DNA from: an uncultured Gemmatimonadales bacterium
GTDB taxonomy: Bacteria; Gemmatimonadota; Gemmatimonadetes; Gemmatimonadales; GWC2-71-9
Assembly: GCA_963730185.1 (NCBI GenBank)
Contig: CAVSQW010000001.1
Coordinates: 32,001 to 96,000, forward strand
Direction: 5' to 3'
DNA length: 64,000 nucleotides
The first letter of the stretch is position 1. Each line of letters opens with the position of its first letter. The notes under the pieces are model-generated. The model was not told where the DNA came from. It worked only from the letters and a program-made list of their open reading frames with translations, and did no database searches. A program made the translations under genes and the position numbers. Shown here in pieces: positions 40,925-52,100 of this stretch.

Positions 40925-41907
40925 GCGCGGCGCTCCTGGCGGTGCTCGCGTTGCTGGCTCCGGGCCGGCAGGCTCCGGGACCGGGCACCCAGGTCCTGAT
41001 CGTCACCGGGCTGAGCGGTGAGCCGCGGTACGCGGCGGCCTTCGCGAAGGACGCCGCCGTGATCTTCGATGCGGCGCGAACCCGGTGGGGGGTAGCCGAC
41101 TCCGACTTGGTCTATCTCGCGGAGCGAGCCGACGCCGATCCGGCGCGGGTCCGAGGCAAGGCCACCCGAGCCGAGGTGCTCGCGGCGCTGGCGAGGCTCC
41201 GCGGTCGGGCCCGACCGGAGGGCGTGGTCCTGCTGGTAATCTTCGGCCACGGGAGCCAGCAGGGCGACGAGGCGCGAGTGAGCCTGCCCGGGCCCGATCT
41301 CACCGCCGCCGACCTGGCGGCGGCCTTGGCCCCGTTCCAGGATCAGACGGTCGTCGTCGTCAATACCACCAGCGCAAGCGGTGGATTCGTCGGCCCGCTC
41401 TCGGGGCCACACCGGGTCGTGCTCACCGCCACCAAGACGGGCTTCGAGCGGAATGCGACCCAGTTCGGCGGGTTCTTCGCCCAAGGCCTGGGCGGCGGCG
41501 CCGCCGATCTCGACAAGGACGGCCGGGTCTCGATCGCCGAGGCGTTCGAGTACGCGCGGGATCGGGTGGCCAAGTCGTTCGAGTCCGACAAGCGTTTGCT
41601 CACGGAGCACGCCCAGCTCGACGACAACGGCGACCACGCCGGCTCGGCCGCGTTGGGTGACAGCGCCAGGGACGGCGCGCTGGCGCGGGCCGTCACCTTC
41701 GCCGTGACCCGTCAGCCGGCGAACGCCGACCCCCGGGCGGCGGGACTCCTGGCCGAGCGCCGCCGATTGGAGACCGCGGTGGCCGAGCTGCGCCAGCGGA
41801 AGACGACCATGGACTCGACCGCATACGAGCGGGAGCTCGAACGGTTGCTGCTCTCACTGGCCGAGACCAATCAGGCGCTTCGGGCGCTGGAGAAGCAGGC
41901 CCCGTGA
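40921..41907 (+). CDS. Secreted caspase/C13-like (clan CD fold) protein with Ser at the catalytic Cys position
   Basis: Signal peptide; VLIVTGLSG, ATRAEV, LLVIFGHGS, VVVNTTSASGGF, VLTATK, ADLDKDGRVSIAEAFEYA; C-terminal helical hairpin. Confidence 0.65.
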   Translation: MSAALLAVLALLAPGRQAPGPGTQVLIVTGLSGEPRYAAAFAKDAAVIFDAARTRWGVADSDLVYLAERADADPARVRGKATRAEVLAALARLRGRARPEGVVLLVIFGHGSQQGDEARVSLPGPDLTAADLAAALAPFQDQTVVVVNTTSASGGFVGPLSGPHRVVLTATKTGFERNATQFGGFFAQGLGGGAADLDKDGRVSIAEAFEYARDRVAKSFESDKRLLTEHAQLDDNGDHAGSAALGDSARDGALARAVTFAVTRQPANADPRAAGLLAERRRLETAVAELRQRKTTMDSTAYERELERLLLSLAETNQALRALEKQAP

Positions 41908-44390
41908 TCCGGCTCGGACTCTCGGCCGCGGTGCTCGGGCTCGCCGGGTTGGGTGGGGCCACGATGGCGTGCGCCGGTCAGGAGCCCGAGGGTACCCTCC
42001 GGAGCCGGGTCGAGCGGCTGATCGACCGGGGCCGCGCCGACGAGGCGGTCGCGCTGGCTCGGCGAGTGCCGGCCGATTCGCTGGCGGCCACCCTGGGCGA
42101 TGCCCTGGCCGCGCGAGGACGCCTGGCCGACGCCCGGGCCGCCTTCGAGCGGGCGGCCCGGAGTCCCGGATCCGAGCGGCGTTACGCGGCGGCCCGGATT
42201 GCCGAGCTGGCGGAGCGGACCGGCCGGTACGACGCCGCGGCGCGGGGCGCGGCGGACCTGCTCCGGTCGATCGATCCGGGCTCACCACTCTCGGCCGCCG
42301 ACTGGCTGGCGTACGGAATCGCGAGCCGCCTCGCGGGCCGGGCCGATCCGGCTCGATTCAAGGACGCGCTCGACGCCTTCGATCGGGCCCTCGCCGGGGA
42401 CTCGACCTGGCTCGAGCCGGCCCTCCGGGTGGGCGATCTCTTTCTCGACAAGTACAACGCCCCCGACGCCAAAGACGCGTATACCGGTCTGATGCGGCAC
42501 GATCCCGGTAACCCCCGCGCCCTGCTCGGCCTTGCCGCGGTCCGCGTCTTCAACGGCGACCCGGGCGGCTACGCCGCTACGGTGAAGGCGGTCGAGGCCG
42601 CCCCCGGCCTTCCCGCGGCGACCGCCCTCTTGGCCCGCCTCGACCTCGATGCCGAAGCCTTCGACTCGGCGACGGCCCGGGCCGGCCGGGCCATCGAGTT
42701 GGATTCGACCGCCCTCGAGGCCTGGGCGGTGTTGGGCGCGGCGGACCTGCTTCGCGACGACACCACGGGCTATCGACGAATCGAAAGCGGGGTCCGAGTC
42801 TGGAACCCGGCTCCGGTCCCGTTCTACGTGGCGATCGCCGAGGCCCTGGGCCGGCAGCGCCGCTACGCCCAGGCGGCCTCGTTGGGTCGGGTGGCGGTCG
42901 GTCTGGCACCGGACGATCCCGGGGCCCTGACCGTGCTGGGCACCAATCAGCTCCGGTTGGGGATGATCGACAGCGGTCGGGCCAGCCTGGAACGTGCCTT
43001 CGCTCGCGATCCGTACCACGTCTGGAACAAGAACACCCTCGATCTGCTCGACCAGCTCGCCACCTATCGCACCGTCTCGACCCGGCGGTTCCAACTGGTC
43101 GGGGCGCCGCGCGAGATCGAGATCCTGGGCCCCTATCTGGAGCCGATCCTCGAGCACGCCTTCGACTCGCTCGCGAACCGGTACCACTATCGGCCGCCGA
43201 CCCCGGTCCGGCTCGAGATCTATAGCCGCCACGCCGATTTCTCCGTCCGCACGGTCGGTCTGGTGGGGCTCGGCGCCCTGGGGGTGAGCTTCGGCAGCGT
43301 GTTGGCCATGGATGCGCCGTCCGCCCGCGAGAGAGGCGATTTCAACTGGGGGTCGACCGCCTGGCACGAGCTGGCCCACGCCTTCACGCTCGGCGTGAGC
43401 GACCACAAGGTGCCGCGCTGGCTCTCGGAAGGCCTCTCCGTATTCGAGGAGCGCCGAGCGCGGGCGGGGTGGGGCGCCAACGCAACGCTCGCGTTCCTCT
43501 CGGCGTACAAAGGGGGAAAACTCAAACCGGTCAGCATCCTGAACGACGGGTTCGTCCGACCCGACTCGCCGATGCAGGTGCCGTGGTCGTACTACGAGGC
43601 GTCGCTGGTGTGCGAGTTCGTCACCGAACGCTGGGGCTTCGACGCGATTTTGGGGATGCTCGACGGCTATCGCCGCGGCCTGGCGACGCCCGACGTGTTC
43701 CGGACCGTGCTCCAGCTCGAACCGGAGGCGTTGGACCGGCAGTTCGATGCCTGGTTCCGAGCCCGGTTTGCCGGCGCGCTGGAGCAGGTCGGCGCCGCCC
43801 GCGACTCATCGGTCGACGCCGGTGAGCTCGGCACCCTGCTCCGGAGCGGCGCCGCGCTACTGGCCCAGGGGCGAACGAAGGAGGCGATCGGCGTGCTCGA
43901 GCGGGTCGAGGAGGCGTTCCCGGCTCAGGGCGACGGCGAGAGCGCGGCCTGGCTCCTGACCCAGGCCTATCAGCGTCAGGGTGACACGGCCAAGGCGCTG
44001 GCGCAGGTGGACCGCGCCACCCGCTACAACGACACCCAGCTCGACGCCAATCGGCTCGAGGCGGCCCTCCGGACGGCCAGCGGTGATCGGGCCGGCGCGA
44101 TGGCGGCCCTCGAGCGGGCGATCTTCATCGATCCCTACGATCCGGTCGTCCACGCGCAGTTGGCGGCGCTCGCGTCGGCCACCGGTGCGCATGAGGAGGC
44201 GGTGAGAGAGCGGAAGGTGATCCTGGCGCTCGACCCGACCGACAAGGCGGAGGCTGGATATCAGCTGGCGGTGGCGTATCGTGATGCGGGTGACCTGGAA
44301 TCGGCCCGGCGCCAGGTGTTGCGGGTGCTCGAGGCCGCGCCATCCTTCGAGCGGGCGCAGACGTTGCTGCTGGAGCTGAGGAGGCCCTGA
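41904..44390 (+). CDS. Exported TPR protein with central gluzincin (peptidase MA-like) domain
   Basis: Signal/lipobox-like TMAC; many TPR helices on both sides of WHELAHAF...VPRWLSEGLS (HExxH + downstream E). Confidence 0.82.
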   Translation: MIRLGLSAAVLGLAGLGGATMACAGQEPEGTLRSRVERLIDRGRADEAVALARRVPADSLAATLGDALAARGRLADARAAFERAARSPGSERRYAAARIAELAERTGRYDAAARGAADLLRSIDPGSPLSAADWLAYGIASRLAGRADPARFKDALDAFDRALAGDSTWLEPALRVGDLFLDKYNAPDAKDAYTGLMRHDPGNPRALLGLAAVRVFNGDPGGYAATVKAVEAAPGLPAATALLARLDLDAEAFDSATARAGRAIELDSTALEAWAVLGAADLLRDDTTGYRRIESGVRVWNPAPVPFYVAIAEALGRQRRYAQAASLGRVAVGLAPDDPGALTVLGTNQLRLGMIDSGRASLERAFARDPYHVWNKNTLDLLDQLATYRTVSTRRFQLVGAPREIEILGPYLEPILEHAFDSLANRYHYRPPTPVRLEIYSRHADFSVRTVGLVGLGALGVSFGSVLAMDAPSARERGDFNWGSTAWHELAHAFTLGVSDHKVPRWLSEGLSVFEERRARAGWGANATLAFLSAYKGGKLKPVSILNDGFVRPDSPMQVPWSYYEASLVCEFVTERWGFDAILGMLDGYRRGLATPDVFRTVLQLEPEALDRQFDAWFRARFAGALEQVGAARDSSVDAGELGTLLRSGAALLAQGRTKEAIGVLERVEEAFPAQGDGESAAWLLTQAYQRQGDTAKALAQVDRATRYNDTQLDANRLEAALRTASGDRAGAMAALERAIFIDPYDPVVHAQLAALASATGAHEEAVRERKVILALDPTDKAEAGYQLAVAYRDAGDLESARRQVLRVLEAAPSFERAQTLLLELRRP

Positions 44391-44391
44391 G

Positions 44392-45174
44392 ATGCGAATC
44401 GACGGTCCGATCCGGGGGATGGTGATCGTCTGCCTGCTGGCGGGCGCGGCTCCCCTCGCGGCCCAGGAGGGTCCCGGGGCGTTCTCGTACGAGCCGTTCC
44501 ATCCCAACGTCCCGTACGACGGCCGGTTCACCTTCGCCCGGATCCGGTACGCGACGCCGCTCAACACCTTCGGCGGCTTCAGCCGGCGGGGCCGGATCGA
44601 CTACAAGTGGGATCACGATTATCCCCGAGCGGAGCGGCACTTCACCAAGATCCTCGACGAGCTCACCACGATCTGGCCGAACCTCGACGCCAGCAACATC
44701 TTCCGGCTCGACGATCCGGAGCTCCTCAAGTTTCCCATCGCCTATATGTGCGAGGTCGGGTACTGGGACCCGAACGACAAGGAAGTCGAGGGACTCCGCG
44801 AGTACCTGCTCAAGGGCGGCTTTCTGATCGTCGACGACTTCGCCGGCCGCGACATCTTCAACTTCAACGCCAAGATGCTCAAGGTGCTACCAGAAGCTCG
44901 CCCGATCCGGCTCACCAAGGATCAGCCGATCTTCGACTCGTTCTACCGGATCGACTCGCTGGACTACCGGCACCCCTACTACAACGTCGAGTCCGAGTTC
45001 TGGGGGATCTTCGAGGACAACGATCCCGCCAAGCGGCTGATGGTGATCATCAACTACAACAACGACATCTCCGAGTACTGGGAGTTCTCCGACACCGGAT
45101 ACTTCCCGATCGATCTGTCGAACACGGCATACAAGCTGGGCGTGAACTACCTCGTCTACGCTCTCACCCGCTGA
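44392..45174 (+). CDS. DUF4159 domain protein
   Basis: Signal peptide; FTFARIRY, W.HDYP.AE, FPIAY, LREYLLKGGFLIVDDF, GVNYLVYALT. Confidence 0.8.
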   Translation: MRIDGPIRGMVIVCLLAGAAPLAAQEGPGAFSYEPFHPNVPYDGRFTFARIRYATPLNTFGGFSRRGRIDYKWDHDYPRAERHFTKILDELTTIWPNLDASNIFRLDDPELLKFPIAYMCEVGYWDPNDKEVEGLREYLLKGGFLIVDDFAGRDIFNFNAKMLKVLPEARPIRLTKDQPIFDSFYRIDSLDYRHPYYNVESEFWGIFEDNDPAKRLMVIINYNNDISEYWEFSDTGYFPIDLSNTAYKLGVNYLVYALTR

Positions 45175-45188
45175 CCTCGAGGCCAGGC

Positions 45189-46226
45189 GTGACTCTTTCG
45201 ACCACCCCCCCGACCGGTTCCGACCTCCAGGGCGACGACCGCGAGCTGGCCGAGCGGCTCCACCGCGCGGGCCAGCGGATTCGGACCGAGCTGGGCAAGC
45301 GGATCATCGGGCAGGAAGACGTGGTGGAGCAATCCCTGGTGGCGCTCCTGGCCGGCGGCAATTGCCTTCTGGTCGGTGTCCCAGGCCTGGCCAAGACCCT
45401 CCTGGTCCAATCGCTGGCGGAAGTGCTCGATCTTCGGTTCTCACGGATTCAGTTCACGCCCGATCTGATGCCGTCGGACGTGACCGGGACCGACGTGATT
45501 CAGGACGACCCCGGTGGTGGGCGCCGGCTGGTGTTCGTTCCCGGGCCGATCTTCGCCAACATCGTGCTGGCCGACGAGATCAACCGGACACCCCCGAAGA
45601 CACAGGCCGCCTTGCTCGAAGCGATGCAGGAGCGCCGGGTCACGGTCCAGGGCAAGACCTACATGCTCGAACCGCCCTTCCACGTGTTCGCCACCCAGAA
45701 CCCGATCGAGCTCGAAGGCACCTATCCGCTGCCGGAAGCGCAGCTCGACCGCTTTCTCTTCGAGGTAGTGCTCGATTACCTCCCCGAGGCCGACGAGATC
45801 CGGGTGGCTCGGGAGACCACGTCGGTCCAGCAGATCACCATGGAGCGGGTGGTGACCGGAGCGGAGCTCATCGCCTACCAGCACCTGGTGCGCCAGGTGC
45901 CCGTGGCCGACGCCGTGGTTCGCTACGCCGTCCAGCTGGCCCGGATGACCCGGCCGGTGACGGAGGGCGTGCCCGACTTCGTCGGCAAGTGGGTGGCGTA
46001 CGGCGCCAGCGTCCGGGCGGCGCAGGCACTGCTCCTCGGCGGCAAGGCCCGAGCGCTGCTCCAGGGCCGTCCGCACGTGAACTACGACGACGTTCGCTCG
46101 CTGGCCGCGCCGGTCTTCCGCCACCGGATCCTGCTCAACTTCCAAGCCCAGTCGGAGCGGGTCACGACCGACCGGATCATCGAACAGCTGCTCGCGGCCG
46201 TCCCAGTACCGCGGTCGGGTCTCTGA
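45189..46226 (+). CDS. moxR: MoxR family AAA+ ATPase
   Basis: GVPGLAKT, RIQFTPDLMPSD, LADEINRTPPKTQAALLEAMQE, ATQNPIE.EGTYPLPEAQLDRF. Confidence 0.95.
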   Translation: MTLSTTPPTGSDLQGDDRELAERLHRAGQRIRTELGKRIIGQEDVVEQSLVALLAGGNCLLVGVPGLAKTLLVQSLAEVLDLRFSRIQFTPDLMPSDVTGTDVIQDDPGGGRRLVFVPGPIFANIVLADEINRTPPKTQAALLEAMQERRVTVQGKTYMLEPPFHVFATQNPIELEGTYPLPEAQLDRFLFEVVLDYLPEADEIRVARETTSVQQITMERVVTGAELIAYQHLVRQVPVADAVVRYAVQLARMTRPVTEGVPDFVGKWVAYGASVRAAQALLLGGKARALLQGRPHVNYDDVRSLAAPVFRHRILLNFQAQSERVTTDRIIEQLLAAVPVPRSGL

Positions 46227-46227
46227 G

Positions 46228-47130
46228 ATGGCGCGCGGCCCGACGACCGGCTCCCTGGACCCGACGGTCCTGGCGCGGATCGGCGATCTCGAGCTGATCG
46301 CGCGAACCGTGGTGCAGGGGTTCATGCATGGGTTGCACCGAGCGCCGCGCCTGGGACACTCCACCGACTTCGCGGAGCATCGCCCGTATCAGCCGGGCGA
46401 TGATATCCGGCGGATCGATTGGCGGATTTACGGACGGACCGACCGCCACTACGTGAAGGAGTTCGAGGCCGACACCAACGCGGCCGTGGTGCTGGCGGTC
46501 GACGTGTCGAAGTCGATGGACTATGGCTCGGGCGCGGTTCGGAAGTTCGACTACGCCCGGATGTTGGCTGCGGCACTCGCCTGGTTCTCGCAGCGCCAAG
46601 GCGATCGGATCGGCCTGGTGCTCTACGCCGACGGGATCCGGGAGTACGTGCCGCCCTCGACCCGTCACCTCTCCCTGGTGCTGCACACCCTCGAGCGAGC
46701 GACGCCGGCCGGCGTGGCCGGCGGCCCCGAGGCGATTCCCCTGATCAGCGAGCTCCTGACCCGAACCGGCGTTACCGTCTTCGTCTCCGACTGGTACGCC
46801 GAGCCGGCGACGGTCGCTCAGGCGCTCGGGAGCGTGCACGCCCGAGGGCACGACGTGGCCGCGTTCCACGTGATCGACCCGGCGGAGCGAGCCTTCCCCT
46901 TCGAGGAGATCGCGAGCTTCGAGGATCTCGAAACCGAAGAGCGGGTGCCGGTGGTGCCCGGGACGCTCCGGGCCCGATATCAGGCGCTCTACCAGGCCCA
47001 TCTCGAGAGCCTCCGCCGTGAGCTCAGCACGTCGGGCATCGACTACGCCCCGATCGAGACCTCCACGCCCCTCGACCTGGCGCTCTACGAGTATCTCGTC
47101 CGGCGAGAAGCCCTGGCTCGGGTGCGCTGA
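46228..47130 (+). CDS. DUF58 domain (vWA-like) protein
   Basis: G.H.AP..G.STDFAEHRPYQPGDDIRRIDW, VDVSKSM, VSD. Confidence 0.92.
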   Translation: MARGPTTGSLDPTVLARIGDLELIARTVVQGFMHGLHRAPRLGHSTDFAEHRPYQPGDDIRRIDWRIYGRTDRHYVKEFEADTNAAVVLAVDVSKSMDYGSGAVRKFDYARMLAAALAWFSQRQGDRIGLVLYADGIREYVPPSTRHLSLVLHTLERATPAGVAGGPEAIPLISELLTRTGVTVFVSDWYAEPATVAQALGSVHARGHDVAAFHVIDPAERAFPFEEIASFEDLETEERVPVVPGTLRARYQALYQAHLESLRRELSTSGIDYAPIETSTPLDLALYEYLVRREALARVR

Positions 47131-49187
47131 TGAGCCTCTCCTTCCTCGTCCCCGCGTTCCTGGCAGGGTTGGCGGCGATCGTCGTGCCGATCGTAGTGCA
47201 CCTCCGCCAGCGGGAGCGCAAGGAGCCGATCCGCTTCCCGTCGCTGATGTTCCTGGCCCGGGTGCCGCATCGTACCGCCGAACGGCGGAGGCTCACCAAT
47301 CTGCTGCTCCTCCTGCTCCGCGGCCTCGCGGTCACGCTGTTGGTGGTGGCGTTCGCCCGGCCGTTCATCAAGAAGACGCCGGACCAGGTTCGGGCCCGGA
47401 TCCGGAGCCGGGCCCTGATCGTGCTGCTCGATCGCTCGATGAGCATGGGGTACGCAGGCGTCTGGGACCGGGCTCGGGACTCCGTGCGGGCCGCCCTGAA
47501 CGGATTGGCTCCGGGCGACCTGGCCGGCCTGGTGGAATTCGACTCCCGGGCGGTGATCGCGCAGCCGCTCACCGCCAATCGCGAGCTGGTGCGGGCCAAG
47601 CTGGCCGAGCTCGTGCCCGGCGGGGCGGACACCCGGTTCGCGCCGGCGTTTCGGCTCGCTCGCGAGGTTGCCCGCGACGCCGGCGACGCGAAGGTGGAGA
47701 TTCTCCTGGTTTCCGATCTCCAGCGTCATGCGATTCCCGGGCTCGAGACGGTCGACCCGGTCCAGGGCGCGACCCTCCGGATCGCCGCCGTCGGACCGGA
47801 CGGCGCCGGCAACGCCCGGGTGGTCTCGGTCGACGCCAGCCGCTCGCTCGAGGGGCGCCAGGTCGTGCTCCGGGTGAGCGCCCGCGTGGCCAGCAAAGAG
47901 GCGACCGAGCGAGCCACCCGGGCCACCCTGACCGTCGACGGGCGAGACCTGACGTCCACCGGCGCCGTCCTCGCCCCGAGCGGGGTGACGGCCGTCACCT
48001 TCGATCCGGTTCGGGTTCCGGCCACGGCCCGCGACGCGTCGGTCCGCCTCGATCCCGACGGCCTCCCGGCCGACGACGACTATCGGTTCGAGCTGGCTGG
48101 ACCCGCCGGGGTTCGGGTTGCCCTCCTGCTTCCCTCCGGTCAGCCGGCCGGCGAGTCGCTGTTCCTGGAGCGAGCGCTGGCGATCAGTCGGGCGCCGACG
48201 CTCACGGTAAGCATCGCGCGTGGAGCGGTCCGGGCGTCGGACCTCCAGACCGTCTCGGTGGTCGTCGCCGCCGACCTCGCCGCCCTCGGCGCCCGGTCGG
48301 CGGCTGCGGTCCGCCGCCTGGTGGACCGGGGCGGCGGCCTCGTGGTCTTTACCGGGTCCCGCGGCGCGCCCGAGGCCCCGGCCGGTCCGGGCTGGCTTCC
48401 CGCCCGAACCGGTCGGGTGATCGATCGAGCCACCGACCGAGGTGCTTCCTTCGGCTATCTCAACCGGGATCACCCGGTGTTCGAGCCGTTCCAGGAGACG
48501 ATCGCCACCGACTTCGGGTCGGCCCGTTACTTCCGCTACCACGAGCTGATGCCCGATTCCGCCGCCGACGTGCTGGCCCGCTTCGACGACGGTCGGCCCG
48601 CCATCGTGGCCGGCGCTCTAGGCAGCGGCCGGATCGTGATGATGGCCTCGCCGGCCGACGGTCTCTGGAACGACCTGCCCTTGCAGCCCGTCTTCCTCCC
48701 CTTGGTCCAACGGCTGGTGAGCTGGGCCGGCACCCTCGGCGAAGAGCGGCAGGCGTTCGAGGTGGGCGACGTGGCGGTGCTCCCCGCCACGGGAACCGCT
48801 CTGACGGTCGACCAGCCCGATGGCGAGCGGCAGCGGGTCGAGCCGGACACGGCCGCGCGAACCCTCGCGCTCGCGGCGCCCGGGTTCTATGCCGTGCGCC
48901 GCGACGGCGCCGAGACGACGCCGGTCGCGTCGTATGCGGTCAATCCGCCGGCCGCCGAATCCGACCTGACCTTCGCCGCGCCGGCCGAGATTGCCGGAGC
49001 GCTGCGGGTGAGCGGTGATTCGGGCACGATGGGCGAGCCGGTGCTGCCACTCAGCGCGGCCGAACAGGAAGCCCGGCAGTCCTGGTGGGCCTGGATTCTG
49101 CTGGCGGCGATCGGACTCCTGGTCGTCGAGACCTGGTATGCCGCCCGGCGCTCCGGACGAGTAGGTTATGGAAGGGGGTCCGCATGA
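47130..49187 (+). CDS. BatA N-terminal + vWA domain membrane protein
   Basis: FL.P.FL.GLAAIVVPIVVHL..FPSLMFL..LLLLLR..LLVVAFARP (BatA); LLDRSMSM MIDAS; VN...ESDL; C-terminal TM. Confidence 0.88.
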   Translation: MSLSFLVPAFLAGLAAIVVPIVVHLRQRERKEPIRFPSLMFLARVPHRTAERRRLTNLLLLLLRGLAVTLLVVAFARPFIKKTPDQVRARIRSRALIVLLDRSMSMGYAGVWDRARDSVRAALNGLAPGDLAGLVEFDSRAVIAQPLTANRELVRAKLAELVPGGADTRFAPAFRLAREVARDAGDAKVEILLVSDLQRHAIPGLETVDPVQGATLRIAAVGPDGAGNARVVSVDASRSLEGRQVVLRVSARVASKEATERATRATLTVDGRDLTSTGAVLAPSGVTAVTFDPVRVPATARDASVRLDPDGLPADDDYRFELAGPAGVRVALLLPSGQPAGESLFLERALAISRAPTLTVSIARGAVRASDLQTVSVVVAADLAALGARSAAAVRRLVDRGGGLVVFTGSRGAPEAPAGPGWLPARTGRVIDRATDRGASFGYLNRDHPVFEPFQETIATDFGSARYFRYHELMPDSAADVLARFDDGRPAIVAGALGSGRIVMMASPADGLWNDLPLQPVFLPLVQRLVSWAGTLGEERQAFEVGDVAVLPATGTALTVDQPDGERQRVEPDTAARTLALAAPGFYAVRRDGAETTPVASYAVNPPAAESDLTFAAPAEIAGALRVSGDSGTMGEPVLPLSAAEQEARQSWWAWILLAAIGLLVVETWYAARRSGRVGYGRGSA

Positions 49188-52100
49188 CTGATCGCGACGC
49201 GATTCTCGACAGCCTGGAACGGGTCCGGCGTCGCTGGCGCCTCCGGCTGGTGCTCGAGGCCGGGGTCTGGGCCGGCGCCGCCGTGCTCGGCATCGGGTTG
49301 GTCTGGTTCCTGGTAGGCCGGGTGGGGCTGTCGGCGCCGGTCGTGGACGGTGTCCGGGTCGCGCTCTGGGTCGGCCTGGCCGGGGTGCTCGGCGTCCTGA
49401 TCGTCCGCACCGTCCGTCGCCGGGCGGACGACGCGGCGGTGGCCCTCTATCTCGAGGAGCACGAGCCGGAGCTGGCCCAGTCGCTGCTGAGCGCCGTCGA
49501 CGTGATCCGAGGCGAGCCGGGACCAGCCTCCCCGATGCTGGTCGAGCGGCTGTTGACCGTGACCCGTCAGCGGCTCGAGACGGCCGAGTATGGTCGGCGG
49601 GTCGACCGGCGGCGGCTCCGGCGGGCGGCGGGCACCCTCGCGACCATGACGCTGGGTTCGGTCGCGCTCCTGCTGCTCGGACCGACCTCCCTCCGGACCT
49701 CGGCCACGACCCTGTTCGACCCTCGGAGCCACGCCCCGGTGGTGGAGCCCTTTTCGGTGAGCGTGGACCCCGGGAACGCGACCGTACCCAAGGGTGGGGC
49801 CCAGGCGATCGCGGCGGTGCTGGGCGGCTTCAGCAGCGAAGCCGCCGACTTGGTGTTCCGGAGCGATTCCGCCGGCGAGTGGGAGCGGATCCCGATGGAG
49901 CGCGACTCCTTGGCCGGCCGCTTCCTGAGTCGGCTCTTCGACGTGAGCAAGCCGACCGAGTACTACGTCGAGGCCGACGGGGTGCGATCGCCGGCCTTCC
50001 GGCTCGACGTCGTGGACCTGCCCGCGGTCCGCCGCCTCCAGGCGACGATCCGCTATCCTGCCTACACCGGTCTCCCGGCCGAGACCATCGAAGACGCCGG
50101 CGATCTGGCGGTGCTCAAGGGCGCCACAGTGACCATTCACGCGACCACGACCCGGCCGGCCCGGGGCGCCTCGCTGGTGGTGCTGGACGGCGCCCCGATC
50201 GCCATGAACGCCTCGTCCGGCGGCGCGTTCGACGGGACCTTCCGGGCCACCGCCGACGGCTTCTACCGGATCGACTTGATCGCCGCCGACGGACGCGAGG
50301 TTCGGGGCTCGCTCGAGTATGCGATCGACGTGCTCGAGGATTCCCCGCCCACCGTCCGGGTGACCGAGCCCGGCCGGGACACCAAGGTCACCAGCATCGA
50401 GGAGGTCATGACCCGGGTCGAGGCCGCCGATGACTACGGCGTGCGGAACGTCCGGCTGCATCTCACCGTCAACGGCGGTCCCGAGCAGGTGGTCAGCGTG
50501 GTCGACTCGGCGGTCGGCTCCAGGAAGGAAGTGAGCGCCGGCCACACCCTCTTCCTGGAAGAGTGGTCGCTCACCCCCGGCGACCTGATCTCCTACTACG
50601 CCGAGGCGTCGGACGGGTTGGGCCAGTCGGCCCGGAGCGACCTCTACTTCCTCGACGTCCGGCCCTTCGACAAGGCATATCGGGAGGCCGATCAGCAGGG
50701 CGGTGGTGGTGGCGGCGACGGCAACACGCCCGAGGGTCTGTCGGAGCAGCAGAAGCAGGTGATCGTGGGGACCTTCAACGTGGTCCGGGACAGCGCGACC
50801 CAGGTCGACCGGGTCTGGCGCGAGAACCTGACCACTCTGGCCATCTCACAGGGGCGGCTGCGCGAACAGGTGGCGGAGCTGGTGGGCCGGATGAAGCAGC
50901 GCAACGTGGCGCACGTCGACTCCACCTTTGCGCTGATCGCCACCGAGCTCGATTCAGCGGAGCAGGTGATGCGGCGCGCTGAGGAGGGTCTCGGACGGCA
51001 ACGCCCCCGGGAGGCGATGCCTGACGAGGAGAAGGCTCTCCGTCACCTCCAGCGGGCCGAGGCGGCCTACCGGGAGACCCAGATCTCTCAGGGTGGGGGA
51101 GGGGGGGGAGGCGGTGGCGGCTCGCAGGCCAACGCCGAGGATCTCGCCGATCTCTTCGAGCTCCAGACCGACAAGCTGAAGAACCAGTACGAGTCGGTCC
51201 AGCAGGAGTCCTCGCGCCGGAGCGAGAGCAAGCTGGACGAGACTCTCGAGAGGCTCCGCCGACTGGCCAGTCGCCAGCAGCAGGAGAACGAGCGGATGCA
51301 ACGGATGGCCGACGCCCTCCGGAACCGGTCGGGCCGGGCCGGCGGGGGCGGCGGCTCGCAGCGCGACCTGGCCCAGGAGACCGAGGAGGCCGCCCGCCAG
51401 CTGGAGCGGCTCTCCCGGGAGCGGAACGATCCCGGCCTCGCGGAGACGGCCCGCCAGCTCCGGCAGGCCGCCGAGGCCATGCGGAAGGCCGCGGCGGGCG
51501 GGGCCCAGCAGGGCGGGGCTCAGGGTGACGACGCTCTGGACCGCCTCAAACAGGCCACCAAGGGTCTCGAGCGGGCCCGTCAGGAGGGTCGCCGGGAGCA
51601 GATCCGGCAGCTCGCCGATCAGGCCGACGAGCTCCGCCGGCGCCAACAGGACGTCGGTCGGGACGCCCGCCAGCTCCCGAGCGATCCCACCGCGCGGAAC
51701 GAGCGGATCGCGGCCGTCCGGGCCCGGAAGGACGAGCTCGCTCGCGAGGTGGACCAACTCGAAAGCGAGGCCGACCGGCTGGCCAAGTCGGTCGGCAGGG
51801 ATCAGCCCAAGGCGTCCCGCGACCTGAGCGAGGCCGCCGAGGGCCTCCGGACCGACCGGGTCAGGGACAAGCTGGCCTTCTCTAAGGGCCTGGTCGGCCG
51901 GGGCGCGGAGGAGTACCTCGAGAATATGGAGAAGTCGATCGGCGACAACCTGGGCAGCGCGAGCGAGCGGCTGCACCGGGCCGCGGGATCGCTCGAGACG
52001 CCGGCCGGAAGTCGGGAGGCCGCCGCCCTGGACCGGGCCCGCGACCTGGTCCGTGGCCTGGAGTCGCTCCGCGATCGCGCCCGCGCCGCGCAGGACCGGG

